Assembly (NCBI GenBank): GCA_028714495.1 | Contig: JAQTMH010000001.1 | Location: forward strand, 73,721 to 137,720 | Direction of reading: 5' to 3' | Length of the DNA stretch: 64,000 nucleotides | Origin: Patescibacteria group bacterium | GTDB lineage: Bacteria; Patescibacteriota; Patescibacteriia; JAHIZJ01 | Shown here: piece by piece, positions 1 to 7,094 of the stretch | How positions within the stretch are numbered: position 1 is the first letter of the stretch | How the letters are laid out: every line of letters begins with the position of its first letter | The notes under the pieces: model-generated | What the model was told of the DNA's origin: nothing | The model's input: only the letters and a program-made list of their open reading frames with translations | The model's database searches: none | Translations under genes and position numbers: made by a program

Positions 1-3000
1 TTTTTGGTGTATATGAAACTAAATTATCACCCTCGCCATAAACCGGAATGGCTTCAATCTTGATGCCGTCCTTTTCATACTGCCAAGCCCATTTCTTCGC
101 GGCTTTTTTCGTGTAGCCCGAGCTGACTAAATAGCGATTAACTGATAATAAATCTTTTTCCCGGGTCATGAACGCAACCGTGCGCAGGGGTAACCAGAGC
201 TTGCCGTTCAGACCGTTGAGCAGCAGACGGTTGCCTGCCCAGATACGAATCCCCTGTTTTTCGAGATCAGCGTAAATCTTTTTGAACGCTTGAAAGTACG
301 CATGGTCCCTTTCCGTAGCGGCTATTTCCGGCTGGTGAAAATCCGGCGAGTCTATAAATAAGTCCCGATTGTTTTTCGGATCGCAGTAGCGCAGATAATA
401 CCAGCACGAGCCAGCCCACTGGGGCATGGTATTGGTTTCACGCTTAGCTGGGCTTCCGCATTTTGGGCATTTAACATTTACCCAGTTTTTAACCTTGGCT
501 AGGGGCGATTCGCCAGTGCCAGTGGGTTTGAAATCCTTGAGCTCTGGCAATTTAACTGGTAAGTCTTCTTCCGGAACTGGCACCACGCCGTCATTCTTTG
601 ATCTCAAAACCCACTCGAGCAATTCAGGAATACGTTCAGCGGTAAAATGAGAAAAACCGTTCCAGATTTCAAAATTCCAGCTTGCGGGTATTTCATTATG
701 GGTATAGAGCGGTATTGATTTATCGTCACGGGAAACGACTATTCGAATTTGATTGGCTAATTCCGTGATTTTATTTAAATCAATCGGCGCTTTCCAGAAT
801 TTTTGCAGAGCGTCAATATCGGCTTTAAGCCAATTAGCCTGCATTTTGGTCCAGTCCCGTTTTGACAGATCAGCGATGGCTGAAGCAACCAATAAAAGGT
901 GGCCGATTTTTTTTCCAGAATTATTCAATAAATGAAGCGCGGCCTTACTACCCAGACTGTGACCGATAATAATGTCATTTTCATTAAAATCTTTTACCAA
1001 AGGCCGAAGCTCTTTTAACCATTGGTTCAAATCCGGGTGAGCCGAGGTTGTCATTGTCGGCACTCTGACTTCAAAACCGCGCTTGATTAATTCATCCTTC
1101 ATCCAAGTCATCCAATTCATCGTACCGCTACCCTCAAAACCGTGGATTATCAAAACTTTCTGCTTTACGTTCTTACATTTTTCGCAATGAACAACCGGGA
1201 TCGGCTCACCCCAATACCTCTGCCGCGAAAACACCCAGTCGCGGAGTTTGTATTGGACCATTGGTCGTCCTAGGCTCTTTTTTGCTAATTCTGATGTAAT
1301 ATTTTTACCCGCCTCAACACTATCTAAACCATCAAATCTGCCAGACTGCATCAACTTGCCAATACCAGTGAAACAATCTGAGTTCGATTTGTAAGCCTCC
1401 CACATATATTTAAACGATGACAAATTGAGCCACTCAGCCATTTTATCAGCGTTTACCCAAACCAATTTGTGATTTTTAGCGTGTTCCGCGGCCACCGGTT
1501 CCTTCTCCTCATCAATCAGTTCAAATAGCATGCCCTGGCCGATCGCGTATCGGTTTTCATCTTTGTGTGCTGCAAAGAAATGATTATGCTGTTCCAGGCC
1601 TATACTTTTTACAAACTTTAAATGCTGATAGCCGGTTTCCTCGCGTATCTCGCGCAGGGCAGCGTCTTGATAGCTTTCTCCCTTATCAACCCCGCCGATA
1701 ATGCCAGAATGCCAGCCGTATTTTTCCCAATCCAGGCAGAGAAAGGAATTCTTATTTTTGTCAAAAACAAAGGCGTAGGCGGTTTTCCTGGTTACCGTTT
1801 TTTTGTCCGATTGCACCGCGTCTTTGTCACCCGGGTTATGCGTAAAATATGGAGCGATTACTTGTCGGATCGGTAATTGATATTTTTTAGCAAACTCCCA
1901 ATCCCGCTCATCATGCGCTGGCACCGCCATAATCGCGCCAGTGCCATAACCCGTCATCACATAATCCGCCACCCAAATTGGAATTTCTTCATTATTCGCC
2001 GGGTTTATCGCTTTTATGCCTTTTAATTCAACGCCGGTTTTTTCCTTGGCCAGATCAGTCCGCTCCAAATCAGATTTTTTCGCGGCGTTATTGGTATATT
2101 TCTTTACTTCTTCGAGATTCGAGATTCGAAATTCGAAATTTTTTATCAATGGGTGCTCCGGTGCTAACACCAAATATGTTGCCCCAAAAATCGTATCCGG
2201 CCGGGTGGTAAAAACAGTGATGGCCGATTGGTTGATTGGTTGATTTATTAATTTCCGTAGAGCGTCAGTAATCGGTTGGAGCTCTTTATACTCTTCAGCC
2301 TCGCTCTCGTCATAAGGGTATTTGCCGGTAGATTTAACCTGGTAAATCGACCTCAAGGGAAAATGCCAGTCAATTTTTTCATGAACTTTATTAGTAAGAA
2401 TAACCTCACGACGCGATTCGCTTACACGTTCGGTTCCATCCGGATCTATTAAAACAAAAACATCTTTCCAGTAGGCTTCGACGCCTTTAGTGTGTTTTTT
2501 TACAATTTTCAAATAAAAATCAAGAATAGCCAGGCCGATTTGATGTTGGTTTAACGATTTCTCGTCTTGGCCTTTTAACGCATTTCGTTTCACCTGCACC
2601 GGATCGATCATCTCGCCATCAATGAACAAACCGGTATCCGTGCCTAAAATCGGCAGACCGGTTTGGCCGAAATAGGCTTTGGCCTTGCGCCGGGCATTAT
2701 CAAAAAGATCCCCGCCCTCTTCCACCTCCATCGCTGGTAATCCCGCTTCGGTCGGCGTGACAACAACGATGTCAGGAGACACTTTCGTTAAAAGCTTCCG
2801 AATACGCGCGACCTTGCTTGGATTATTCGTTGCCAGTAATATTTTAATTTCTTCATCCTTAATTTTGAATTTTGAATTTTGAATTTTGAATTCTATTTCA
2901 GCGCCTTCTGATCGGCCAATCCAATTTTTCTGCAGAAGCCTAATCGACTCCGGCCAATCCAGCTTGTCTAAACCATTGAGCAAACGATCAGCATAGGCCG

Positions 3001-3616
3001 TGATTTTTAAAAGCCACTGTTTCAATTTCTTTTTCTCCACGGTCGTATCACAGCGCTCGCACCGGCCGTTGATCACCTCTTCGTTGGCTAAACCGGTTTT
3101 GCAGGAAGGACACCAATTGATCGGCACTTCAGCCTGGTAAGCCAAGCCGCGCTCGAACAGCTTCAGAAAAATCCACTGGGTCCATTTGTAATATTCCGGC
3201 TCCGAGGTAATCACCTCGCGTGACCAGTCATACATGAAGCCCAGGCTTTTTATCTGTTTCCGAAAACGCTCAATATTTTTCCGGGTGTAGTCGCGCGGAT
3301 GGATGCCCCGCTTGATTGCCGCGTTCTCCGCCGGCAAACCGAACGAATCAAAACCCATCGGATGCAAAACGTTTTTGCCCCGCATTTTTTCCCAGCGCGC
3401 GTAAATATCAGAAGCGGTATAACCCTCTGGGTGGCCAACGTGAAGACCGTCACCCGATGGATAGGGAAACATATCAAGAATATACGCCTTTTGCTTCTGG
3501 GCGCTTTCTTCCACCTGGCCGGCTCGCGTTTTCTCCCAAATCTTCTGCCATTTGGCTTCGACTTTGTTTGGGTGGTAGCCGCCCCTGGATTTTTGCTTTT
3601 TTACCCGCCTTGCCAT
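1..3616 (-). CDS. leuS: Leucyl-tRNA synthetase, C-terminus runs off the window; contains inserted Ham1/ITPase-like, Nudix and alpha/beta serine-hydrolase domains
   Basis: Manual translation of the reverse strand from ATG at 3616 gives MARRVKKQ...MFPYPSGDGLHVGHPEGYTASDIYARW (class I HIGH motif), the Zn-finger INWCPSCKTGLANEEVINGRCERCDTTVEKK, the CP1 core TTRPDTIFGATYLVLAPEHP...GYGTGAIMAVPAHDERDWEFAKKY, LRDWVFSRQRYWGEPIP and PTGTGESPLAKVKNWVNVKCPKCGSPAKRETNTMPQWAGSCWYYLRY. The frame stays open to position 1. It is absent from the ORF track, probably because it has no stop inside the window. Confidence 0.8.
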   Translation of the reverse strand, partial: MARRVKKQKSRGGYHPNKVEAKWQKIWEKTRAGQVEESAQKQKAYILDMFPYPSGDGLHVGHPEGYTASDIYARWEKMRGKNVLHPMGFDSFGLPAENAAIKRGIHPRDYTRKNIERFRKQIKSLGFMYDWSREVITSEPEYYKWTQWIFLKLFERGLAYQAEVPINWCPSCKTGLANEEVINGRCERCDTTVEKKKLKQWLLKITAYADRLLNGLDKLDWPESIRLLQKNWIGRSEGAEIEFKIQNSKFKIKDEEIKILLATNNPSKVARIRKLLTKVSPDIVVVTPTEAGLPAMEVEEGGDLFDNARRKAKAYFGQTGLPILGTDTGLFIDGEMIDPVQVKRNALKGQDEKSLNQHQIGLAILDFYLKIVKKHTKGVEAYWKDVFVLIDPDGTERVSESRREVILTNKVHEKIDWHFPLRSIYQVKSTGKYPYDESEAEEYKELQPITDALRKLINQPINQSAITVFTTRPDTIFGATYLVLAPEHPLIKNFEFRISNLEEVKKYTNNAAKKSDLERTDLAKEKTGVELKGIKAINPANNEEIPIWVADYVMTGYGTGAIMAVPAHDERDWEFAKKYQLPIRQVIAPYFTHNPGDKDAVQSDKKTVTRKTAYAFVFDKNKNSFLCLDWEKYGWHSGIIGGVDKGESYQDAALREIREETGYQHLKFVKSIGLEQHNHFFAAHKDENRYAIGQGMLFELIDEEKEPVAAEHAKNHKLVWVNADKMAEWLNLSSFKYMWEAYKSNSDCFTGIGKLMQSGRFDGLDSVEAGKNITSELAKKSLGRPMVQYKLRDWVFSRQRYWGEPIPVVHCEKCKNVKQKVLIIHGFEGSGTMNWMTWMKDELIKRGFEVRVPTMTTSAHPDLNQWLKELRPLVKDFNENDIIIGHSLGSKAALHLLNNSGKKIGHLLLVASAIADLSKRDWTKMQANWLKADIDALQKFWKAPIDLNKITELANQIRIVVSRDDKSIPLYTHNEIPASWNFEIWNGFSHFTAERIPELLEWVLRSKNDGVVPVPEEDLPVKLPELKDFKPTGTGESPLAKVKNWVNVKCPKCGSPAKRETNTMPQWAGSCWYYLRYCDPKNNRDLFIDSPDFHQPEIAATERDHAYFQAFKKIYADLEKQGIRIWAGNRLLLNGLNGKLWLPLRTVAFMTREKDLLSVNRYLVSSGYTKKAAKKWAWQYEKDGIKIEAIPVYGEGDNLVSYTPK
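2113..2140 (-). repeat. Tandem heptanucleotide repeat (TTCGAGA x2, TTCGAAA x2) inside leuS coding sequence, translated NFEFRISNLEE
   Basis: Direct reading: ttcgagattcgagattcgaaattcgaaa. Confidence 0.85.
2224..2244 (-). repeat. Tandem octanucleotide repeat (GATTGGTT x2.5) inside leuS, translated INQPINQ
   Basis: Direct reading: gattggttgattggttgattt. Confidence 0.8.
2861..2888 (-). repeat. Tandem heptanucleotide repeat (AATTTTG x4) inside leuS at the junction with the Ham1-like insertion, translated EFKIQNSKFKI
   Basis: Direct reading: aattttgaattttgaattttgaattttg followed by aattc. Confidence 0.85.
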
Positions 3617-3938
3617 AATCAAAAAGGATTATCTGACTTTCTTTAATAAATACCTCGTTTCAATGAAATAATACCATTTTTTGGCCCTTCCGACCAATAT
3701 TTTTATGCCCCCATATTCCCCTCTTGACATTACTCTCTGTCCATGATAAAGTACTTGTTGTACCAAAAGTTCTTTTTTTTAAAACCAAAATTCTTTGCTT
3801 AAATTAGCCAATAAAACAAAATACGGCTAAATATTAGCAGGAAAGCATATCAGCCTAGAGCTAAAAAAATTCAGCCTCATCTTTCTCCGCCACACCTTAA
3901 GCGGGGCTTCTTATTTATATAAGGGAATCGCCTGGTTA

Positions 3939-5192
3939 TTGGCTAGGATCCTGGCCCGGCCGACAAAAGCCTCGGCCAAATGGATCGTGTCAAAAGTGCT
4001 GTCGCGAATTTACCTGTTTATCTATTTTCCCATCAAACGCCGACTGGGCGATAAATTTGCGCTGGCTAAAAATAAAGTTTGGTACCCCTTTGCGACAAAA
4101 TACGTCATTCATTTCTTTATCGTCCTTTTAGCCACCGGCGTTATTTTCTACAGTATCAAAACTCGGGAAGCTTCGGCTGAAGAATTTACCACCGACAGTT
4201 TGATTACGAAATTTCTGGGTGAAGATTCATCTGATATTATTACTGAAACAGCCCAGAGCGCGCCAAAGAAATCTATCAGCTATGTTGACCAGCGCGGCAT
4301 GTTCGGCGGCCAAACCCTCTCCATAAATAGCCCGACCGAAGAAGAGACCGCGGAAGAAGAAGATCTGACTTTGGCGCAAGGCAGCGGTTCGATTTTGAAA
4401 CCAAATATCCCGACTACCCAAGTAGGCGACCGGGCCCGCGAGATCGTTGAATACTACGTCGTCGAGGGCGGCGATACGGTCAGCACGATTGCTGATAAAT
4501 TTGGCGTCTCCACCAACACTATCCTTTGGGAAAACCGTTTGGGCGAAAAGGACTACATAAAACCGGGCGACAAATTGACAATTCTGCCCATGTCCGGCGT
4601 TTCACATCAAGTCAAAAAGGGCGATACGATTAAAACTCTGGCCAAGAAATACAATGTCGATGAGCAAGAAATCATTGACTATAATAAACTGGCTTCGGCT
4701 GACGCGATTTCAGTAGATGAAATTCTCATTATTCCAGGCGGTCGCGCTCCGGAAATCGTCAAACCCACCTCTACCGGAACTGGCGTCGATAAATACTTCG
4801 GTGGCACGCCGCCGCCTCCAGCCCGCGTGGCTGCCTCGGAAAAAATGCTCTGGCCCACGGCCAGTAAAAAGATTAATCAATACTTTAAATACCGTCATTC
4901 CGGCCTCGATATTGATGGCAACACTGGTTCACCGATTTACGCGGCTGAGAGCGGCCGGGTGTCTAACGTCGGCTGGGGTTCGGGTTATGGACTGCACGTG
5001 ATCATCGACCATGGCGGAGGCAAAAAAACAGTATATGCCCACTTCAGCAAGGCTTACGTGACTGCTGGCCAACAAGTCAGCAAGGGTGACTCGATTGGTC
5101 TGATGGGCTGTACGGGCTGGTGCACCGGACCCCACCTTCACTTTGAAGTGATTATCAGCGGCAAAAAAGTAAACCCATTGTCATATCTGTAA
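3939..5192 (+). CDS. Membrane-anchored LysM-LysM-M23 (LytM-type) peptidoglycan endopeptidase; start codon uncertain (TTG at 3939 or a downstream GTG)
   Basis: Two LysM-like segments (YVVEGGDTVSTIADKFGVSTNTILWENRL and HQVKKGDTIKTLAKKYNVDEQEIIDYNKL). M23 core HSGLDIDGN...GYGLHVIIDHGGG...GCTGWCTGPHLHFEV. An N-terminal TM helix. Confidence 0.85.
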   Translation: MARILARPTKASAKWIVSKVLSRIYLFIYFPIKRRLGDKFALAKNKVWYPFATKYVIHFFIVLLATGVIFYSIKTREASAEEFTTDSLITKFLGEDSSDIITETAQSAPKKSISYVDQRGMFGGQTLSINSPTEEETAEEEDLTLAQGSGSILKPNIPTTQVGDRAREIVEYYVVEGGDTVSTIADKFGVSTNTILWENRLGEKDYIKPGDKLTILPMSGVSHQVKKGDTIKTLAKKYNVDEQEIIDYNKLASADAISVDEILIIPGGRAPEIVKPTSTGTGVDKYFGGTPPPPARVAASEKMLWPTASKKINQYFKYRHSGLDIDGNTGSPIYAAESGRVSNVGWGSGYGLHVIIDHGGGKKTVYAHFSKAYVTAGQQVSKGDSIGLMGCTGWCTGPHLHFEVIISGKKVNPLSYL

Positions 5193-5217
5193 TAACAACG
5201 AGGATATAAATAATAAA

Positions 5218-5247
5218 CAGGCGAGGCTTCCCCTCGTCTGTTTTGAT
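5218..5247 (+). terminator. Rho-independent terminator after the LysM/M23 gene
   Basis: Hairpin caggcgaggcttcccctcgtctg followed by TTTTGAT. Confidence 0.55.
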
Positions 5248-5283
5248 AAAAAAAGCCCCCAACATCATTAAGTTGTCGGGGGA
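5245..5283 (-). terminator. Rho-independent terminator for the minus-strand cupin-like gene (overlaps its stop codon)
   Basis: Minus-strand hairpin ccccgacaacttaatgatgttggggg followed by CTTTTTTTATC. Confidence 0.5.
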
Positions 5284-5876
5284 TACGGACGAGAGAAATC
5301 ACGGTAGACGTAATCATCCATGCTGAGGGGATCACCGCCATTGTGATTGGTGATGGCCAGAAGATTCAGGGCTGGAGAGCCTGTGGTTTGGAGAAAGTGC
5401 CATTGTTCAGGCAGCATCACAAAACTGCAGCCGGTAGTATCATCTACCCTATCCTCTTCCTCTTGGCCCCTGGCGCAAGCTCCAGCCAGATTGTAAAACT
5501 GTTCAGTCTTGCCCGTGTGATAGTGCCACGAGGTGCGGACCCACGGCCGAATCAGCTGAAGGAGCCACCCCAGCGTTCCATCCTCGCTCTGGGCCAGATA
5601 TACCGCTCCTGAACCAGCTGAACGTGCATGTCTCGATTCTTCGAAAACCGTGAAGCCCCTGAGCGCTAGGTGAACCCAGGCTTTACCGAATGGAACTTGG
5701 ATCAGTTGGAACCCGGGGAAACATTCCCCTAGCGGGTTCTGCTCGCTTGTACAAAGAACTGATACCAGCGTTGCCTGACGCAATCTCGAATCAACGAATG
5801 AGCGGAATCGCCCGAATCGCCCATCCGGAAAGAATGCGCAGACATCCTCATTGCCGAAAAGCTTGGGTTTATCCAC
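5268..5876 (-). CDS. Hypothetical protein with a cupin-like HXH...E motif, GTG start, GC-rich
   Basis: WHYHTGKTEQFYNLAG fits cupin motif 1 (G..HXH...E). Strong RBS aaAGGAGGcaaggc immediately before the GTG start. GC visibly higher than the flanks. Confidence 0.5.
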   Translation of the reverse strand: MDKPKLFGNEDVCAFFPDGRFGRFRSFVDSRLRQATLVSVLCTSEQNPLGECFPGFQLIQVPFGKAWVHLALRGFTVFEESRHARSAGSGAVYLAQSEDGTLGWLLQLIRPWVRTSWHYHTGKTEQFYNLAGACARGQEEEDRVDDTTGCSFVMLPEQWHFLQTTGSPALNLLAITNHNGGDPLSMDDYVYRDFSRPYPPTT

Positions 5877-6089
5877 GCCTTGCCTCCTTTTTCTTGGGCA
5901 TCCGGACGACAGATTGATTCAAAATGCATAAGAATGATAATAGCCTATCCGTAAATATCTGTAAAGATCCATGATTAATCATTCTTCAGCCAAAATATCA
6001 CTCTAGAAAAGTCGATCCTTGCGTTACTTCTTGAAGTATGATATTCTCGTCTTTAGTTGTTGATAATTGTTCGTCTCGCGCCCACCCCC

Positions 6090-6110
6090 GTCCCACCACA
6101 GAAGTGGGAC
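6090..6110 (+). promoter_or_regulatory. Perfect 7-bp hairpin immediately upstream of the first leader micro-ORF
   Basis: gtcccac-cacagaa-gtgggac. Confidence 0.4.
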
Positions 6111-6150
6111 TCGACCCGAGCCATATGACAGCTAAAAGGGAGGATGCAAG

Positions 6151-6171
6151 ATGCGCAAAGTCGCTGCCTAA
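6151..6171 (+). CDS. Leader micro-ORF MRKVAA (6 codons) with a strong RBS, copy 1
   Basis: GGGAGG at 6138-6143 with a 7-nt spacer, then atgcgcaaagtcgctgcctaa. An identical micro-ORF recurs at 6411. Confidence 0.45.
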   Translation: MRKVAA

Positions 6172-6215
6172 GGCCGTGCCTTACTTTTCCGGCTCCGAAA
6201 GTAATCGGTACGGCC
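6172..6215 (+). promoter_or_regulatory. Two-tier hairpin immediately after the leader micro-ORF stop (copy 1); candidate attenuator or ribosome-sensing structure
   Basis: Outer stem ggccgtgcc/ggtacggcc and inner stem ttacttt/aaagtaa. The equivalent element in copy 2 keeps the pairing with compensatory changes. Confidence 0.5.
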
Positions 6216-6288
6216 AACTCGGAACATCACCAATCTAGGAGCTAATCTGATCGTTCCAAACCGCAAACCGACCACACAGGAGGTTCTC

Positions 6289-6375
6289 ATGCGGAGATTC
6301 CTCGGGCAGGCAATCGGGCATTCGCCGCCCGTATCCGCCATCGAGGTCGTCGACACGAGGAGCGCGACGAAGTAG
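6289..6375 (+). CDS. Small protein (28 aa) MRRFLGQAIGHSPPVSAIEVVDTRSATK, copy 1 of a duplicated family
   Basis: RBS cAGGAGGttctcATG. The C-terminal motif IEVVDTRSATK recurs in the 6550 ORF. Confidence 0.45.
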   Translation: MRRFLGQAIGHSPPVSAIEVVDTRSATK

Positions 6376-6410
6376 CGCAGGCCGCTGACCAACCAAATGG
6401 AGGTTGCTTA

Positions 6411-6431
6411 ATGCGCAAAGTCGCTGCCTAA
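6411..6431 (+). CDS. Leader micro-ORF MRKVAA, copy 2
   Basis: GGAGG at 6399-6403, then an atgcgcaaagtcgctgcctaa identical to copy 1. Confidence 0.45.
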   Translation: MRKVAA

Positions 6432-6475
6432 GGCCGTGCCCGTGCTTTTCGGACTCCAAAAGCATCGGCATGGCT
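6432..6475 (+). promoter_or_regulatory. Hairpin after leader micro-ORF copy 2, covarying with copy 1
   Basis: Outer stem ggccgtgcc/ggcatggct (G-U wobbles) and inner stem gtgctttt/aaaagcat, replacing ttacttt/aaagtaa of copy 1 (compensatory base changes). Confidence 0.5.
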
Positions 6476-6549
6476 AGCTCGCCTTCCGAACCCACAGGAG
6501 TCAGGTGTTCATTCGATTCCGCAAAACAACCAACCCTATGGAGGTTCGC

Positions 6550-6690
6550 ATGCGGGAAACAACCAGTCGGGCACATCGGCATCCACCGCCGATGTTCGCC
6601 CTCGAGGTCGTCGACACGAGGAGCGCCAAGAAGAAGGCCACCAAGAAGAAGGCCGATGTCGCTTCCGGTCTGGAGAGCGGGCTCGTCTAG
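6550..6690 (+). CDS. Small protein (46 aa) MRETTSRAHRHPPPMFALEVVDTRSAKKKATKKKADVASGLESGLV, copy 2 of the duplicated family
   Basis: RBS tGGAGGttcgcATG in the same arrangement as copy 1. Shares the LEVVDTRSAKK motif. Contains a PPP stalling-prone motif. Confidence 0.5.
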   Translation: MRETTSRAHRHPPPMFALEVVDTRSAKKKATKKKADVASGLESGLV

Positions 6691-6849
6691 GTCTATCGCC
6701 GACCGAGGAGCATAACCAGTCTCTCTACGCGCGACAAGGCGTTTCGTACATTCACCACATGGTGTTTGCACGGAACGCCTATTTTATTTGCCATCGAACC
6801 AACACGCGTGATGAGTGAAAGACTTTCTATTAGTAAATTCGCTGACGAA

Positions 6850-7000
6850 GCCTAGGGCAAATACCCGCCATAGGCCCCCTTGATTTACCTAGCTGTGGTA
6901 AGAATGAAAAATGAATGGAGTAGAAAAAACGAAAGCAAGCAGTAACCGGAGGCGGGTATGGTTTTATTTATCTTAGCCATGGTAAATACCCGCCGAGCCC
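6850..7000. repeat. Cluster of short AAATACCCGCC-type motifs in both orientations in a convergent intergenic region
   Basis: aaatacccgcc at about 6856 and 6984. Inverted copy in ggaggcgggtatggtttt at about 6947. Related aaataccc repeats occur at 34943 and 38001. Confidence 0.5.
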
Positions 7001-7043
7001 CGGTCTCTGCGCCGGGGGAGGCGGAACCTATCGAAGCCAAGGG

Positions 7044-7081
7044 CAAATAAAAAACCCACGAAGCGATTCAGCCTCGTGGGG
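7044..7081 (-). terminator. Rho-independent terminator for hutU
   Basis: Minus-strand hairpin ccccacgaggctgaatcgcttcgtggg followed by TTTTTTATTT. Confidence 0.65.
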
Positions 7082-7094
7082 TTGAAATCAAAGA

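Noticed and set aside
1622-3646. Plus-strand ORFs of 60-115 aa inside the leuS region (1622..1876, 1978..2243, 3299..3646, 3316..3618 and others)
   Set aside because: They overlap the long minus-strand LeuRS frame, which has clear homology, and show no motifs or RBS. They are alternative-frame artefacts.
6235-6771. 178-aa minus-strand ORF spanning the duplicated cassettes
   Set aside because: It is antisense to four plus-strand RBS-ATG signals. It has a GTG start with no RBS. Its internal repeats (APRVDDL.G..RRMP.C) simply mirror the plus-strand EVVDTRSA repeats. Most likely spurious.
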